This document shows, one piece after another, positions 44,509 to 53,989 of a DNA stretch of 64,000 bases. Source of the DNA: a virus (taxonomy: Duplodnaviria; Caudoviricetes); IMG/VR virus record IMGVR_UViG_2974751938_000001, positions 106-64,105 of that record; one strand, written 5' to 3'. The translations under genes were made by a program, and so were the position numbers. Numbering within the stretch: position 1 is the first letter of the stretch; every line of letters begins with the position of its first letter. A model generated the notes under the pieces. It did no database searches, was not told the origin of the DNA, and was given only the letters and a program-made list of their open reading frames with translations.

Positions 44509-47500
44509 AGATCTTCCAACTCGATCAGGGCCAGGTCCTCGGCCTGGACGCTCGGCCCGTGCCCGTCGCGGGAGAGGCCGAGCACGTGGACGGCCGTGCT
44601 GGTGTTCCAGTCGGCCAGGGTGCTCGCGTGCTCGGGGTAGAGGAACCGATGGACGTAGATGTGGACCTCGATGCCCTCGGCGTCCTCGGCGATGATGGTG
44701 GCCTTGGTCGTCTTGTCCGGGTCGTTGGTCTCGGCCCGGATCTGCTCGACCGACTTGCCGGAGCGCTTGCGCAGTTGTTCGATGTGGTCCTTGATCACGA
44801 CCTCCTTGATCAGGCCGATGAAGACGATCTTCTCGTCGACCGATTCGAGCAGGAGGTTCGAGGGGGTCGCCCCGCCGAGCAGACCGAGTTCGCCGTCGGC
44901 GATCGCCTCCTCGATCCGGTCGACCGCACGAGCAGCGCGGTTGAGCCCGAAGGGGTCTTTGGACTCGCACATCTGTTCGATCTTCTCGATCATCTTCGGG
45001 CCGACGCCGGGCACCCCCTTCGAGGGCTCGTCCGGCTTCGTCTTCCGGCCCTTCTTCGCCGCGACGTAGCGCATCTCCGACCAGGACCGGTCGAGCGCCG
45101 CGAAGTTGATCGCCTTGCCCTTCACCGGCGCCCCGATCTCCCGATCGCGCCACTGGATCATCTTCGCCCCGACCTTGTCGCCGACGCCGACGATCTGGGT
45201 GAAGCCAGCGCGCAGGCTGTCGTAGCTCGGGCCGACGAACCCCCTCTTCGGGGTGCCGTCCTCGCGGAGCCCGTCGAACGAGCGGGTGTTGCCCGGCTCC
45301 CAGGTCAGCCGGGACTTGCCCAGGTCGGGACCGAGCACGCGGATCTCGTGGCGAACGGCGTCCTGCATCAGCACGACGTCCTGTCCCTTCGTCACGTCGG
45401 CACGCCGGAGGGCCGCCGCGTAGAACTCGGTCGGGTAGTAGAACTTCAGCCAGGCCAGCCAGTAGCCGACGACGGCGTAGCAGACCGCGTGCGCGATGTT
45501 GAAGAGGTAGCTCGACGAGGCCGCCATGTAGTCCCACAACTCGCGTGCGTCGGCCTCGGGCATCCCGATCTCCCGCTGCATCCCGTCGCGAAACTCCTCC
45601 CAGAAGGCCTCGAACGCGCCGCCCTGTTTCTTCTTGCCGATGATCCGGCGCAGCGCGCCGACTCGCTCGCCCGGCATCCCGGCGACGCGGCCCATCCCCA
45701 TGACCTGTTCCTGGTACACCAGGCAGCCGTTGGTCGAGGACAGCACGTCGTTGATCTCGGGGTATCCCCAGTCGCGAGGAGGCTCGGTGCCAAGCTCGAC
45801 GGCCTCGTAGTGCGAGGTCTGGCCGGAGATGAGCGCGCCGGGCCGAGAGAGCGCGTTGATGTCGGCCAGGTGCCGGAACTCGAAGGTCGTCTGACCGGCG
45901 AGCTTGTCGACGATCCCGCGGGTCGTGCGACCGTCGAACTGGAAGATGCCGGTGAGATCTCCGGTCCCGAAGACGCCGTCGAGCACGGCCTGGTCGTCCA
46001 GCGGAAGCGCATAGAGTTCGTTGTGCGTCATGCCGATCCAGTCGAGCACGTCGGTGATCAGGCCCATCGTCTTCAGCCCGAGAATGTCCATCTTCAACAT
46101 GCCGAGGTACTCGGCGTCGCGCTTGTCGTAGGCGATGCCTCGACGGGTCACCCCGTCCTTGGTCTGGGTGTAGATCGCGCACGTGTCGGCGATCGGCTTC
46201 GTCGAGATCACCAGACCGGCCGCGTGAATGCCCATTCCGCGGTAGTCGCCCTCGATGTCGCGAGCCATGAGCAGGTCAGGGTACTTCTTGACGATCTGCT
46301 TGGCCCGATCGAACCCGGCGATCGCGTCGACCACCGAGTAGTTCTCCCGCGGGTCGCCGTCGTCGCGGTCCACGATCAGGTCCTTCAGTTCGTAGACCTC
46401 GGAGAAGTCGTCGAGTTCGTGTGCCCTGGCGACGTCCTGGATCGCGGTGCGACCGCGGTAGCGCATGTAGTTGGCGATGTGGCTGGTGTGGGCCTCGCCG
46501 TACTTCTGCCGCGCGTACTCGAAGACGGCCGCGGGGTTGGCGAAGTCGATGTCGATGTCCGGCTCATCCGGCCGCGAGGGGTCGATGAAGCGCTCGAACT
46601 GCATGAGCGGGAACTGCATCGGGTCGATCTCGGTGATCCGGAGCAGGTAGCAGATCAGCGATCCGGCGGCCGAACCACGTCCGGGACCAACGCCCTGCTT
46701 GTCGACGTCCTTGGCCCATACGACCAGGTCAGCGGTGACGAGGAAGTAGTCGCAGAACCCCTTCGGCTCGATCAGGCTGAACTCGTATCGCACCCGCTCG
46801 ACGTAGCGGTCGGGGTCCGAGTCGAACCTTTGTGCGAACCGCTCGTCGTTCTCGGCCCGGAACTCGATACCGTCGTTGATCCACTGCTTCAGCCGGTCGG
46901 CGGCCGACATCTGCTTGCCGCGCGCCACGAAGACGGTGCGCTCCGACTTCGGCAACTCGACGTTGCACCGATCAGCGATCTCGCGTGCGCCGTCGACCGC
47001 GGCCTGGGCTTCCATCGGGTCGAGGTCGCAGGCCATGAGCTTCTCGACGCACTGCTCGTCGGACTCGGGGTAGGTCAGCCGGACGTCGTACTCCCAGTCG
47101 GCGTCCTGGGTCGAGACCGTGCCGCCGCGGTGCGCCGCGTGCAGCATCCGCTGGATCGCGTTCTGCTCCGGGTAGGGGTAGTGGACGTCGGCCGTCGCCA
47201 CCGTGGGGATGCCGTCGGCCGCCGCGACGTCGCCGAAGAACTGGTTGAGCAGGACGGCGCGCTCCAACTCGGGGAACATCTGCATTTCGAGGTAGAACCG
47301 GTCCCCGTAGCACTTGACGAACCGGCTGATCAGCGCGCGGGTCTCGTCCACGCTCTCGTCGTCCCAGTCGTCGCGCCGGTCGCCGAGCGACTTGCCGCCC
47401 AGCAGCGTGCAGGAGATCCACGAGTCCGCGCACCCGCTGGTCACGATGAGGCCCTGGGTCAACTCGGGGTTGAGGATCTGGTTCGTGTGCAGCCGCGGGA

Positions 47501-47894
47501 CGTACTTGGTCTGCTCCCAGGCCAGGCCGACAAGCCGATTGAGGTTGCGGTAGCCCTCCTGGTTCATCGCCAGCACGGTCTGGTGGAAGTGACGGCGCCG
47601 GGGCTCGTCGGGGTGCGCGACGTCGAACTCGACACCGAAGATCGGCTTGATCCCGGCCGCGTTGGCGGCCTGCTCCAACTGAGCGTGCGAGGAGACGTTG
47701 CGGTGCTCGGTGAGTGCCAGCGCGTCCATCCCGAGTTCGACCACACGTTCGACGTGCGCCTTCGGCGATCGGTAGCCGTCACCGTGGCTGAAGGTGCTGT
47801 GGGTGTGCAGGGAGACCCACTTCATCGACGGTGTGCTCGGCTCGGTCACGGGTGTTTCCTCTCGCTCGCGTTCCATTCGGTCCAGGTAGTTCAC
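44505..47894 (-). CDS. dnaE: DnaE-like DNA polymerase III alpha subunit with PHP domain
   Basis: LHTHS, ALTEH and DVHY PHP motifs; GPGRGSAAGS, PDIDIDF, KMDILGL. Alternative start at 47849. Confidence 0.95.
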   Translation of the reverse strand: MNYLDRMEREREETPVTEPSTPSMKWVSLHTHSTFSHGDGYRSPKAHVERVVELGMDALALTEHRNVSSHAQLEQAANAAGIKPIFGVEFDVAHPDEPRRRHFHQTVLAMNQEGYRNLNRLVGLAWEQTKYVPRLHTNQILNPELTQGLIVTSGCADSWISCTLLGGKSLGDRRDDWDDESVDETRALISRFVKCYGDRFYLEMQMFPELERAVLLNQFFGDVAAADGIPTVATADVHYPYPEQNAIQRMLHAAHRGGTVSTQDADWEYDVRLTYPESDEQCVEKLMACDLDPMEAQAAVDGAREIADRCNVELPKSERTVFVARGKQMSAADRLKQWINDGIEFRAENDERFAQRFDSDPDRYVERVRYEFSLIEPKGFCDYFLVTADLVVWAKDVDKQGVGPGRGSAAGSLICYLLRITEIDPMQFPLMQFERFIDPSRPDEPDIDIDFANPAAVFEYARQKYGEAHTSHIANYMRYRGRTAIQDVARAHELDDFSEVYELKDLIVDRDDGDPRENYSVVDAIAGFDRAKQIVKKYPDLLMARDIEGDYRGMGIHAAGLVISTKPIADTCAIYTQTKDGVTRRGIAYDKRDAEYLGMLKMDILGLKTMGLITDVLDWIGMTHNELYALPLDDQAVLDGVFGTGDLTGIFQFDGRTTRGIVDKLAGQTTFEFRHLADINALSRPGALISGQTSHYEAVELGTEPPRDWGYPEINDVLSSTNGCLVYQEQVMGMGRVAGMPGERVGALRRIIGKKKQGGAFEAFWEEFRDGMQREIGMPEADARELWDYMAASSSYLFNIAHAVCYAVVGYWLAWLKFYYPTEFYAAALRRADVTKGQDVVLMQDAVRHEIRVLGPDLGKSRLTWEPGNTRSFDGLREDGTPKRGFVGPSYDSLRAGFTQIVGVGDKVGAKMIQWRDREIGAPVKGKAINFAALDRSWSEMRYVAAKKGRKTKPDEPSKGVPGVGPKMIEKIEQMCESKDPFGLNRAARAVDRIEEAIADGELGLLGGATPSNLLLESVDEKIVFIGLIKEVVIKDHIEQLRKRSGKSVEQIRAETNDPDKTTKATIIAEDAEGIEVHIYVHRFLYPEHASTLADWNTSTAVHVLGLSRDGHGPSVQAEDLALIELEDL

Positions 47895-48133
47895 TTCCCG
47901 ATGCCCGCGTCCCTGGGGTTCACGGGATCGAACGAGTCGACCCACTCGGCGACGGCCTTCGGGTCGGCCAGAGCCTCGCGGAGCTTGGCCGCGTATTCGG
48001 CGTACTCACGGGTGCCCTCGGGGAACTCCGGGATCACCTGGGCCTGGATCTCCGGCGGCAGGTCGGACAGCCCGCGCTCGGCGGCGTAGCGCGCACGAGC
48101 CTCGGCGGGTTCGAGATAGGTCTCGCTCACCAC
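47891..48133 (-). CDS. Hypothetical protein
   Basis: GAGGAG RBS. Confidence 0.6.
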   Translation of the reverse strand: MVSETYLEPAEARARYAAERGLSDLPPEIQAQVIPEFPEGTREYAEYAAKLREALADPKAVAEWVDSFDPVNPRDAGIGK

Positions 48134-48354
48134 ATTCTCCTCATCGGTACGGTCGGCCCATGCTCGGGGCAGTAGGTCCGGCGGTTGCGCTGGCCGACCC
48201 AGAGCGACCAGCCTTCCTCGATCAGCTTCGGCACGGCGTAGTGGGACGTGTCCAGATGGGTGCCCCACAACACCTGCTCGAAGTTGACCCGGCGAGGGCA
48301 GTTCGGCCGGTCGCAGGTGATGCCGGTCAGCGCCGTGTTGGTGATCTCGGCCAT
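48127..48354 (-). CDS. Small Zn-binding protein (CDxxxC..GW..CxxH)
   Basis: Motifs CDRPNC, GW, CPEH; GGAGG RBS. Confidence 0.65.
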   Translation of the reverse strand: MAEITNTALTGITCDRPNCPRRVNFEQVLWGTHLDTSHYAVPKLIEEGWSLWVGQRNRRTYCPEHGPTVPMRRMW

Positions 48355-48355
48355 G

Positions 48356-48589
48356 TCAGGCCTCCTGGGGGAGCTTGACGCACGGCGCGAACTGGTAGCC
48401 GTAGGCCGCCGGGTCCTCGCCCTCGCTCTCGGCCCAGCAGGTGACGCCGTCGGCCAGTCGGACGGCCTCGTCCTTCGAGAGCGCGTCACCGATCGGCTCG
48501 GGGTCGTGGAGATCTCGGCATCCGGTCTTGTGGATCTTGCCGTAGTCGCTCTGGCGCGATCCGTTGCCGAACTCGATCGAGAGTTGCAT
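48356..48589 (-). CDS. Hypothetical protein (H..GC.D..CV)
   Basis: AGGAGG RBS; first gene after the promoter at 48640-68. Confidence 0.65.
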   Translation of the reverse strand: MQLSIEFGNGSRQSDYGKIHKTGCRDLHDPEPIGDALSKDEAVRLADGVTCWAESEGEDPAAYGYQFAPCVKLPQEA

Positions 48590-48639
48590 GTGGTCCTCCT
48601 GGAAAAGTTGCCTGAAAATCTGGGGGATTCTCTGGGACC

Positions 48640-48668
48640 AGTGTAAGAGTTGACGTCAACCCTGTCAA
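48640..48668 (-). promoter_or_regulatory. Consensus SigA promoter with operator in the spacer
   Basis: Minus strand TTGACA-N17-TACACT; GTTGACGTCAAC at 48649-60. Confidence 0.85.
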
Positions 48669-48886
48669 GGACGGTTCCGGCCCGCGGAGCCGATCAGCCA
48701 CTTCTTGAAGGTGATCATGTCGTGGGTCTGGTTGTACTCGGCGATCTCGGTCGCGTAGTCCATGCACTCGCCCTCGCGCACGATCTCCTGGCGGTAGCGC
48801 TCTTCGCGGTACTCGTCGACCAGCCGCGCGTGATCGACCGAGCACTGGACGTGGCCCGGCGTGCAGCGCAGGTGCCGCGGGATCAC
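48665..48886 (-). CDS. Conserved hypothetical protein
   Basis: Y..E..EY....ITFK.WL motif; GTGA coupling. Confidence 0.55.
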   Translation of the reverse strand: MIPRHLRCTPGHVQCSVDHARLVDEYREERYRQEIVREGECMDYATEIAEYNQTHDMITFKKWLIGSAGRNRP

Positions 48887-49395
48887 GCGGGGTCGGTGCA
48901 GTCCGGGCATCCACCGCCGTCGCAGGTGGAACAGTCGGGGTGTCCGGCCTCGGTGCGGTGCAGCGGCAGATCGGGGACCGGTCCAGCGGCTTCCATCTCG
49001 GCGATCATGTCGTCGATCCGGTCCTGGGGCCGGTTGGTGCAGAGGTCGTCGATTGCGCTCTTCAGCCGGTCGAACGGGATCGCGCCGGTGATCATGGCCT
49101 CCTGGTTGCCCTTCCGGATCAGCAGGATCGCGGGGGTCGAGGAGACCATGTGCTCTTCGAGGAAGAGCCGGAGATCGGGGTACAGCGAGCCGTCGTCGCC
49201 GAACCAGGTGTCCGCGGTACCGAAGTGCAGACGTCGGCGGCCCTTCGGGTAGTTGTTGAGGCTGTCGAGCAGGTACTCGAACAGGACCTCTTCGCGCTGG
49301 CCGACCAGGATCACCCAGCGGTCGTTGCCGTGGCGGTCGGTCACGTGTTCGAGCACGTCTTCGTTGCGCAGATCTGAGAATGTCTGGTGTGGCAT
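48883..49395 (-). CDS. Thioredoxin-fold-like protein lacking CxxC, with a C-terminal Cys cluster
   Basis: VSSTPAILLIRKG...GAIPFDRLKSAID (cis-Pro region); CSTCDGGGCPDC. Confidence 0.55.
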   Translation of the reverse strand: MPHQTFSDLRNEDVLEHVTDRHGNDRWVILVGQREEVLFEYLLDSLNNYPKGRRRLHFGTADTWFGDDGSLYPDLRLFLEEHMVSSTPAILLIRKGNQEAMITGAIPFDRLKSAIDDLCTNRPQDRIDDMIAEMEAAGPVPDLPLHRTEAGHPDCSTCDGGGCPDCTDPA

Positions 49396-49409
49396 GAGTT
49401 CCTCCGGGA

Positions 49410-49456
49410 ACGAGAACGGCGGGTGAGCCGACCCCCTCGAATCGGCCCACCCGCCG
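49410..49456 (-). terminator. Terminator after the SSB gene
   Basis: Stem 49417-31 / 49442-56 followed by TTCTCGTT on the minus strand. Confidence 0.6.
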
Positions 49457-49465
49457 GTGGATGAA

Positions 49466-50341
49466 TCAGAACGCGCTACGGCGACCGCGACGCGTGGTCT
49501 TCTTCGGCTCGGGCTCCGGCTCCGGATCTTCCTCCGGCTCCGGGTCCTCGTCCTCGTCGACCTCGACCATCTCGCCCTCGGCGAGGTCTTCGTCGGCGTC
49601 TTCGTCGGCGTCTTCGTCGACCTCCGGGTCCTCGGACTCCTCCTCGACGTCCGAGTCGTCGGTCTCGTCCTCGTCGGCTTCGTTCTCGTCGACCTCGGGC
49701 TCGTCGGCCTCGATGTCGGCGTCGTCGATGATGTCCTCATCGGGGCCGATCTCGTCGGGCTCGGGCTCGCTGCTCGGAAGCTCGTGGTCGGCCGGGTAGA
49801 TGTCGTTCACCCGGAGCGAGCGAACGGTCTCGGTCTTGACCTTGCCGTCCTTCCCCTTGGACTTCCGGGTGTAGCTGTCGTTGCGGGCCGACACCACGAC
49901 CGAGATGCCCTTGAAGGCCTTGCCCGCGGTGACGAGCTTGCCGATCTTCAGGACCTTCTCGCCCTTGTCGTCGAGGACCGCGTTGCCACCCCAGAACACC
50001 GCGCGGAGCTTCTGGTCGCCGGAGATCGCGTCGAGCAGGCGATTGATCCGGCCGACGAACAGATCCGCGTTCTCGTCGGACATGCTCTCCGGGATGACCA
50101 GGCGATCGAAGATCGCGTAGCCGTCGTACTTCGATGCGTCGCTGCCCTTCGGCGCCGCGAACTCGATCACGGCGACGAGCATCGTCTTGTCACCGGCCTT
50201 GTTGGGCTTGATCTGCAACGTCTTGACCTGGGCCTTGTAGACCCCCGGCGGCGGTACTTCGCCGACGTACTGACTGAATCCCGCGGTGGCCTCGACCTTG
50301 GCGGCCTCGGCACCGATCTTCAGCTTCAGCTTGGTTGCCAT
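49466..50341 (-). CDS. ssDNA-binding protein-like (OB-like core, long acidic tail)
   Basis: VPPPGVYKAQV start, D/E-rich tail; follows the AAA ATPase. Confidence 0.65.
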   Translation of the reverse strand: MATKLKLKIGAEAAKVEATAGFSQYVGEVPPPGVYKAQVKTLQIKPNKAGDKTMLVAVIEFAAPKGSDASKYDGYAIFDRLVIPESMSDENADLFVGRINRLLDAISGDQKLRAVFWGGNAVLDDKGEKVLKIGKLVTAGKAFKGISVVVSARNDSYTRKSKGKDGKVKTETVRSLRVNDIYPADHELPSSEPEPDEIGPDEDIIDDADIEADEPEVDENEADEDETDDSDVEEESEDPEVDEDADEDADEDLAEGEMVEVDEDEDPEPEEDPEPEPEPKKTTRRGRRSAF

Positions 50342-50357
50342 TCTGGGTTATCTCCCT

Positions 50358-51149
50358 CTACTGCGGGTCGACGGAGTTCGACGACTCGATGATCTTCTGA
50401 ATGTCGGACAGCCCCTTGCCGACGGTGCGAGCACCGAGAGCGTCGAAGCGATCCTTGGCACGCACCGAGTCGGTACCGCGCCACTGGATGACTCGCGCGG
50501 AGCGCGTGCCAGCCTTGGTCTTCACCTGAGCGAAGTGCATGTAGCCGACGCAGTGCATCTGCGCGGCGATCCAGTTCGCGACCTGGTAGCCCTTGCCGTG
50601 GAACTGCGGGAGCCGGAACTCCTCGCCCTCCTCGTTGGTCGCGAGCATCGCGTGGGCCGTCCAGAGCACGTTGACCGGCAAGTCGTTGATCAGGGTCACG
50701 TAGCGCATGAGCCGCTGTTGCTCTTCGCCGTACTCCTGAAGCTCGACCTTGTCGGGGTTGCGGCTGTCGTCGACCTCGGCGTCGGCATCGACGATGTCGC
50801 GCCGGATCTGAAGCTGCATCTGGGTCCCGGTGTCGATACAGACCCAGTCGAAGGGGAATCCCGGCTTGGACGCGTTGTCGAGCAGCCACTCGTAGGCCTC
50901 GACGACGTTCTCCCACTTCGGGCACTTCCAGACCTTCGAGTCGCCACCGGACTTCTTCGCCGCGATGGTCCCGTTCTCGACCGCGAGGATCAGGGTCCGG
51001 GCCGTTCCGGCGAAGCGGGTCTTGCCGATCCCCGGATCTCCGTAGATGAGCATGGTGATGTTCTCGGTGTAGTCGTCGATGTCAACGATGTCATCCGGAA
51101 GCTCGAAAGTTGCCAGGTCGTCAGCCTGATCAGCGATGTCTTCGGTCAT
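50358..51149 (-). CDS. AAA ATPase (Sak4/RecA-like recombinase)
   Basis: YGDPGIGKT, VCIDT, NVLWTAH, AKDR. Confidence 0.82.
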   Translation of the reverse strand: MTEDIADQADDLATFELPDDIVDIDDYTENITMLIYGDPGIGKTRFAGTARTLILAVENGTIAAKKSGGDSKVWKCPKWENVVEAYEWLLDNASKPGFPFDWVCIDTGTQMQLQIRRDIVDADAEVDDSRNPDKVELQEYGEEQQRLMRYVTLINDLPVNVLWTAHAMLATNEEGEEFRLPQFHGKGYQVANWIAAQMHCVGYMHFAQVKTKAGTRSARVIQWRGTDSVRAKDRFDALGARTVGKGLSDIQKIIESSNSVDPQ

Positions 51150-51166
51150 GGTCTCCTCTTGTCTAT

Positions 51167-51186
51167 GTTGACGTCAACTCTACCAC
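51167..51186 (-). promoter_or_regulatory. Extended -10 promoter with operator over the +1
   Basis: Minus strand TGGTAGAGT directly followed by the rest of TTGACGTCAAC, then GAGGAG-ATG. Confidence 0.65.
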
Positions 51187-51203
51187 ACTCGGGAGAGGAC
51201 GTG

Positions 51204-52394
51204 TCAGAACTCGCCGCGCTTCTCGCGGTGGGCCTCGTAGGGATCTCGCACCCGGAACGCGGTCTGCTTCAGCATCTCGACGTCGCCGCCCTGCTCATCG
51301 GTCATGCACAGGTCGTAGAAGTCACAGTCCCAGGTGCAGTCGCGCGTGGGGTTCTTGAACAACGGGAGCCGACCCTCGCGGTACTCGTTCATCGCGGCGA
51401 CCTCGTCGGAGATCCGCTGGATCTGCTTGCGCCGTTCCTTCGAGGTCCGGTAGACGTTCTCACGGTGGAACCGCGGGCTCGGCTGCTGGTTCGAGACGTC
51501 CCCGAGCACGGTCAGTTGGCGCTCTTCGGCGGCCTCGACCAGGTCCGCCAGCTTCATCTTGGCGAACTCCTTCTCGACCGCCGGGCCGGAGACGTTGATC
51601 CACTCGTCCTCGATCCCGGCCTTCGTCGCCAGATCCGCATGATGCTTCATCAGCGCGGCAAGGTAGTGCTCTTTGCGCGGCTTGTTCGTCGCTCGACCCG
51701 ATGAATCGACCGGCCGCTCGTCCGGCGGGGCCTTCATCAGGAAGTTGTAGAGGATGCCCGTGAGCCGATCTCGCGGACCGATGATGCCCTGACGCCGGAG
51801 CGTCGTGTCGGCGACCGCCCAGTAGCCGCCAGCCTGGTCGTCGAGCGGCAGGTGGTTGGTCTTGATCGACTTCGCCGTCTTGTGGTCCCAGAGCCAGATC
51901 TTGCCGGTACCGAGGTTGCGTGCGGTGATGTCGAAGGTGCCGAGGAACTTCGCGACCGGGGTCTTGTCGACGCCGACCTCCCGCGGGATGCGGACGGCGA
52001 AGGTCTGCTCGGGTGAGAGGATCTCCCACTCCTCGTCCTGGCCGTACTCGACGAGGTAGTTGTCCAACATCGCCAGGCCGACGCCCTCGGCGTCCATGAT
52101 GACCTGCTCGTAGTCGCCGGGCAGGGACCCGGAGCGCACCTCGACGCGCATGAGTTCGGAGACGCCCTCGCAGTATTCCGACCACGTCTCGCGCAGGTCA
52201 CGGCCGCGCTTGACGCCCGGAACGTACCACTGCTCGAAGGCCAGGTGGATGCCGGTACCGAACCACAGCGGCATCTTCTGCCGGTTCGATTCGAGACCGT
52301 CGCGCCAGCCCCACCACCAGCGTTGCGGGCACCGCTTGAAGTCCTTGCGCTCGGACCCGCGGAGCATCGGCAGGTCGAGATCGACTGTCGTCAC
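51204..52394 (-). CDS. PD-(D/E)XK / Cas4-like exonuclease
   Basis: RCP..W, GTFD..LWDHKT, C.WDCDF..LC. Confidence 0.85.
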   Translation of the reverse strand: MTTVDLDLPMLRGSERKDFKRCPQRWWWGWRDGLESNRQKMPLWFGTGIHLAFEQWYVPGVKRGRDLRETWSEYCEGVSELMRVEVRSGSLPGDYEQVIMDAEGVGLAMLDNYLVEYGQDEEWEILSPEQTFAVRIPREVGVDKTPVAKFLGTFDITARNLGTGKIWLWDHKTAKSIKTNHLPLDDQAGGYWAVADTTLRRQGIIGPRDRLTGILYNFLMKAPPDERPVDSSGRATNKPRKEHYLAALMKHHADLATKAGIEDEWINVSGPAVEKEFAKMKLADLVEAAEERQLTVLGDVSNQQPSPRFHRENVYRTSKERRKQIQRISDEVAAMNEYREGRLPLFKNPTRDCTWDCDFYDLCMTDEQGGDVEMLKQTAFRVRDPYEAHREKRGEF

Positions 52395-52753
52395 TTCTGG
52401 CCCTCCTCGAACTTGCTCCGGAAGTCGGCGAAGGCCTCTCCGATCTGGATCTTGGCCGATCGCAGCCGCAAGGCAGAGAGGTTGGTTGCCAGTTCCTCGG
52501 GCAGGTTGTCGATGAGTTCGAGGCTGCCCATGTCGAAGTGTACGAAGTCCTCCGGGCTCAACGTCGTCGTCGGCGACCGATGGAAGACCACCGGATCGAC
52601 GGCGAATGCGCGCGAGATCCACCAGACGTGCGAGGGGGTGCGGGGGTGCTTCTCGTCGAGGTAGAAGAACTCGATCGTCGGCCAGAGCGGCGGCCCGGAC
52701 TTCGGTACGAACATGTCCGACCATCCGGGAGAGGGGTAGTTCGGCTCAGTCAT
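52391..52753 (-). CDS. Hypothetical protein
   Basis: GGAGG RBS. Confidence 0.6.
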   Translation of the reverse strand: MTEPNYPSPGWSDMFVPKSGPPLWPTIEFFYLDEKHPRTPSHVWWISRAFAVDPVVFHRSPTTTLSPEDFVHFDMGSLELIDNLPEELATNLSALRLRSAKIQIGEAFADFRSKFEEGQK

Positions 52754-53081
52754 CCTCGACCTCCGGGAACCGGGCCTGCACGGCGATCGAGACGATCCGG
52801 GCCTTCGAGAGCGCGACCAGGGTGATCGTCTTCGAGTCCGGGCCGTTGATCGCCTTGCTGGCCTGCTGGTCGCCGTCGGCGCCGACGTAGCGCAGCGGCA
52901 GGACGTGGATGAAGTCGGGGTCGTCGTTCTCCCCGATGATCTCGTAGCCGACCACCGCGCGCAGCACGCCGCCGGTGCCGTACTCGTAGGTGATCGTCGA
53001 GGGGTTGTCGGCCACGCGGCCGAAGTGATCGGTGGCCCAGTCGTAGACCTGGTCCGAGAGATGGGGTCGCCCATAGGACAT
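52746..53081 (-). CDS. Hypothetical protein
   Basis: GAAGGA RBS. Confidence 0.6.
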   Translation of the reverse strand: MSYGRPHLSDQVYDWATDHFGRVADNPSTITYEYGTGGVLRAVVGYEIIGENDDPDFIHVLPLRYVGADGDQQASKAINGPDSKTITLVALSKARIVSIAVQARFPEVEDD

Positions 53082-53125
53082 ATTCGAGGTTCCTTCCACA
53101 GCAGCAGTTCGACGGTAGCAGTGCG

Positions 53126-53314
53126 CTACGACATTCGGACCGGGGTCTTGTTCTCGGCACCGCAATCCAGGCACACCCGGTAGCCGATCGAGACGGTGCC
53201 CGCTGGCTCGCCGTTCTCCACCGCGGGCTTGGTCATCATGTGCTTGACCACGGTGTTCTTGTGCTTGCAGGTCCGGCGCAGTCGTTGGGTGGCCCGACGT
53301 TCGGCGCGGTTCAC
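53126..53314 (-). CDS. Small Zn-ribbon protein
   Basis: NRAERRA start; CKH..CLDC. Confidence 0.55.
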   Translation of the reverse strand: MNRAERRATQRLRRTCKHKNTVVKHMMTKPAVENGEPAGTVSIGYRVCLDCGAENKTPVRMS

Positions 53315-53640
53315 TCGAACACCCCTCCCCGGAATACGTGCCAGACGAACGGGCCGTCGATCACGGTCGCGATGTGGGAGTTCTTCGCGCACGGGTCCTC
53401 GGGGTACTTCGCGTTGTAGTGCGAGAGCCGCTCTTCGTGCAGCGGGTGGCCGGTGCCGCGGATCTCGATCGGCACGTACTCGGCAGAGCCGGGGTGCGCG
53501 TCGACCACCGCCCAGATGTCGATGTAGCCGGGCTCTCCGGCGGCCCTCTTCGCGTCGAGGATCTCGACCAGAGTGGCGCCGTCGATCTTGATCTGCTGGC
53601 TGTCGGTCACCGGGACGGTGAACTTCCAGATGGTCTTCAT
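53311..53640 (-). CDS. Conserved hypothetical protein
   Basis: MKTIWKF..GTGH..VWHVF motif. Confidence 0.65.
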   Translation of the reverse strand: MKTIWKFTVPVTDSQQIKIDGATLVEILDAKRAAGEPGYIDIWAVVDAHPGSAEYVPIEIRGTGHPLHEERLSHYNAKYPEDPCAKNSHIATVIDGPFVWHVFRGGVFE

Positions 53641-53801
53641 TGGTGCTCCAACTCGGTAACCGCGGCCATGACCGCGTCGTGCAGGGTCGGCCACTCCTGC
53701 CGAAGCTCTTCGAGCTTGGCGAAGTGGTACCGCGGGTGAGATCCGGCATTGCGGATCGCAGAGACGAGCCGGGAGGCCGTCTGCTCAGACAGGTGGGCCA
53801 C
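53637..53801 (-). CDS. Hypothetical protein
   Basis: 54 aa; coupled. Confidence 0.5.
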   Translation of the reverse strand: MAHLSEQTASRLVSAIRNAGSHPRYHFAKLEELRQEWPTLHDAVMAAVTELEHQ

Positions 53802-53989
53802 TACCGGACCTTCTGGAAGCCCGACGCTGGGCCGTGGTGGGTGACCTTGCCGTCGTCGCTGGCGACGAAGACGTTGCCGTTCTGGTAGACGGTGATCACC
53901 TGGCACGGGGTCATTTTCTCGGTCACGTCCCCGACCTCTTCGATCTCGGTGATCTTGCGGACGTAGTCGCCCTTCTTCAACATCGCCAT
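53801..53989 (-). CDS. Hypothetical SH3-like protein
   Basis: LKKGDYVR; coupled to the helicase. Confidence 0.55.
   Translation of the reverse strand: MAMLKKGDYVRKITEIEEVGDVTEKMTPCQVITVYQNGNVFVASDDGKVTHHGPASGFQKVR

Noticed and set aside
44505-47894. Possible intein in DnaE, terminase or helicase
   Set aside because: Lengths are typical and I saw no intein splice motifs (C/S start, HN-C/S/T end) or LAGLIDADG blocks.
51204-52394. Cas4-like nuclease as a sign of a CRISPR system
   Set aside because: No repeat-spacer array or other cas genes; it sits in the usual phage recombination module with the AAA ATPase and SSB.
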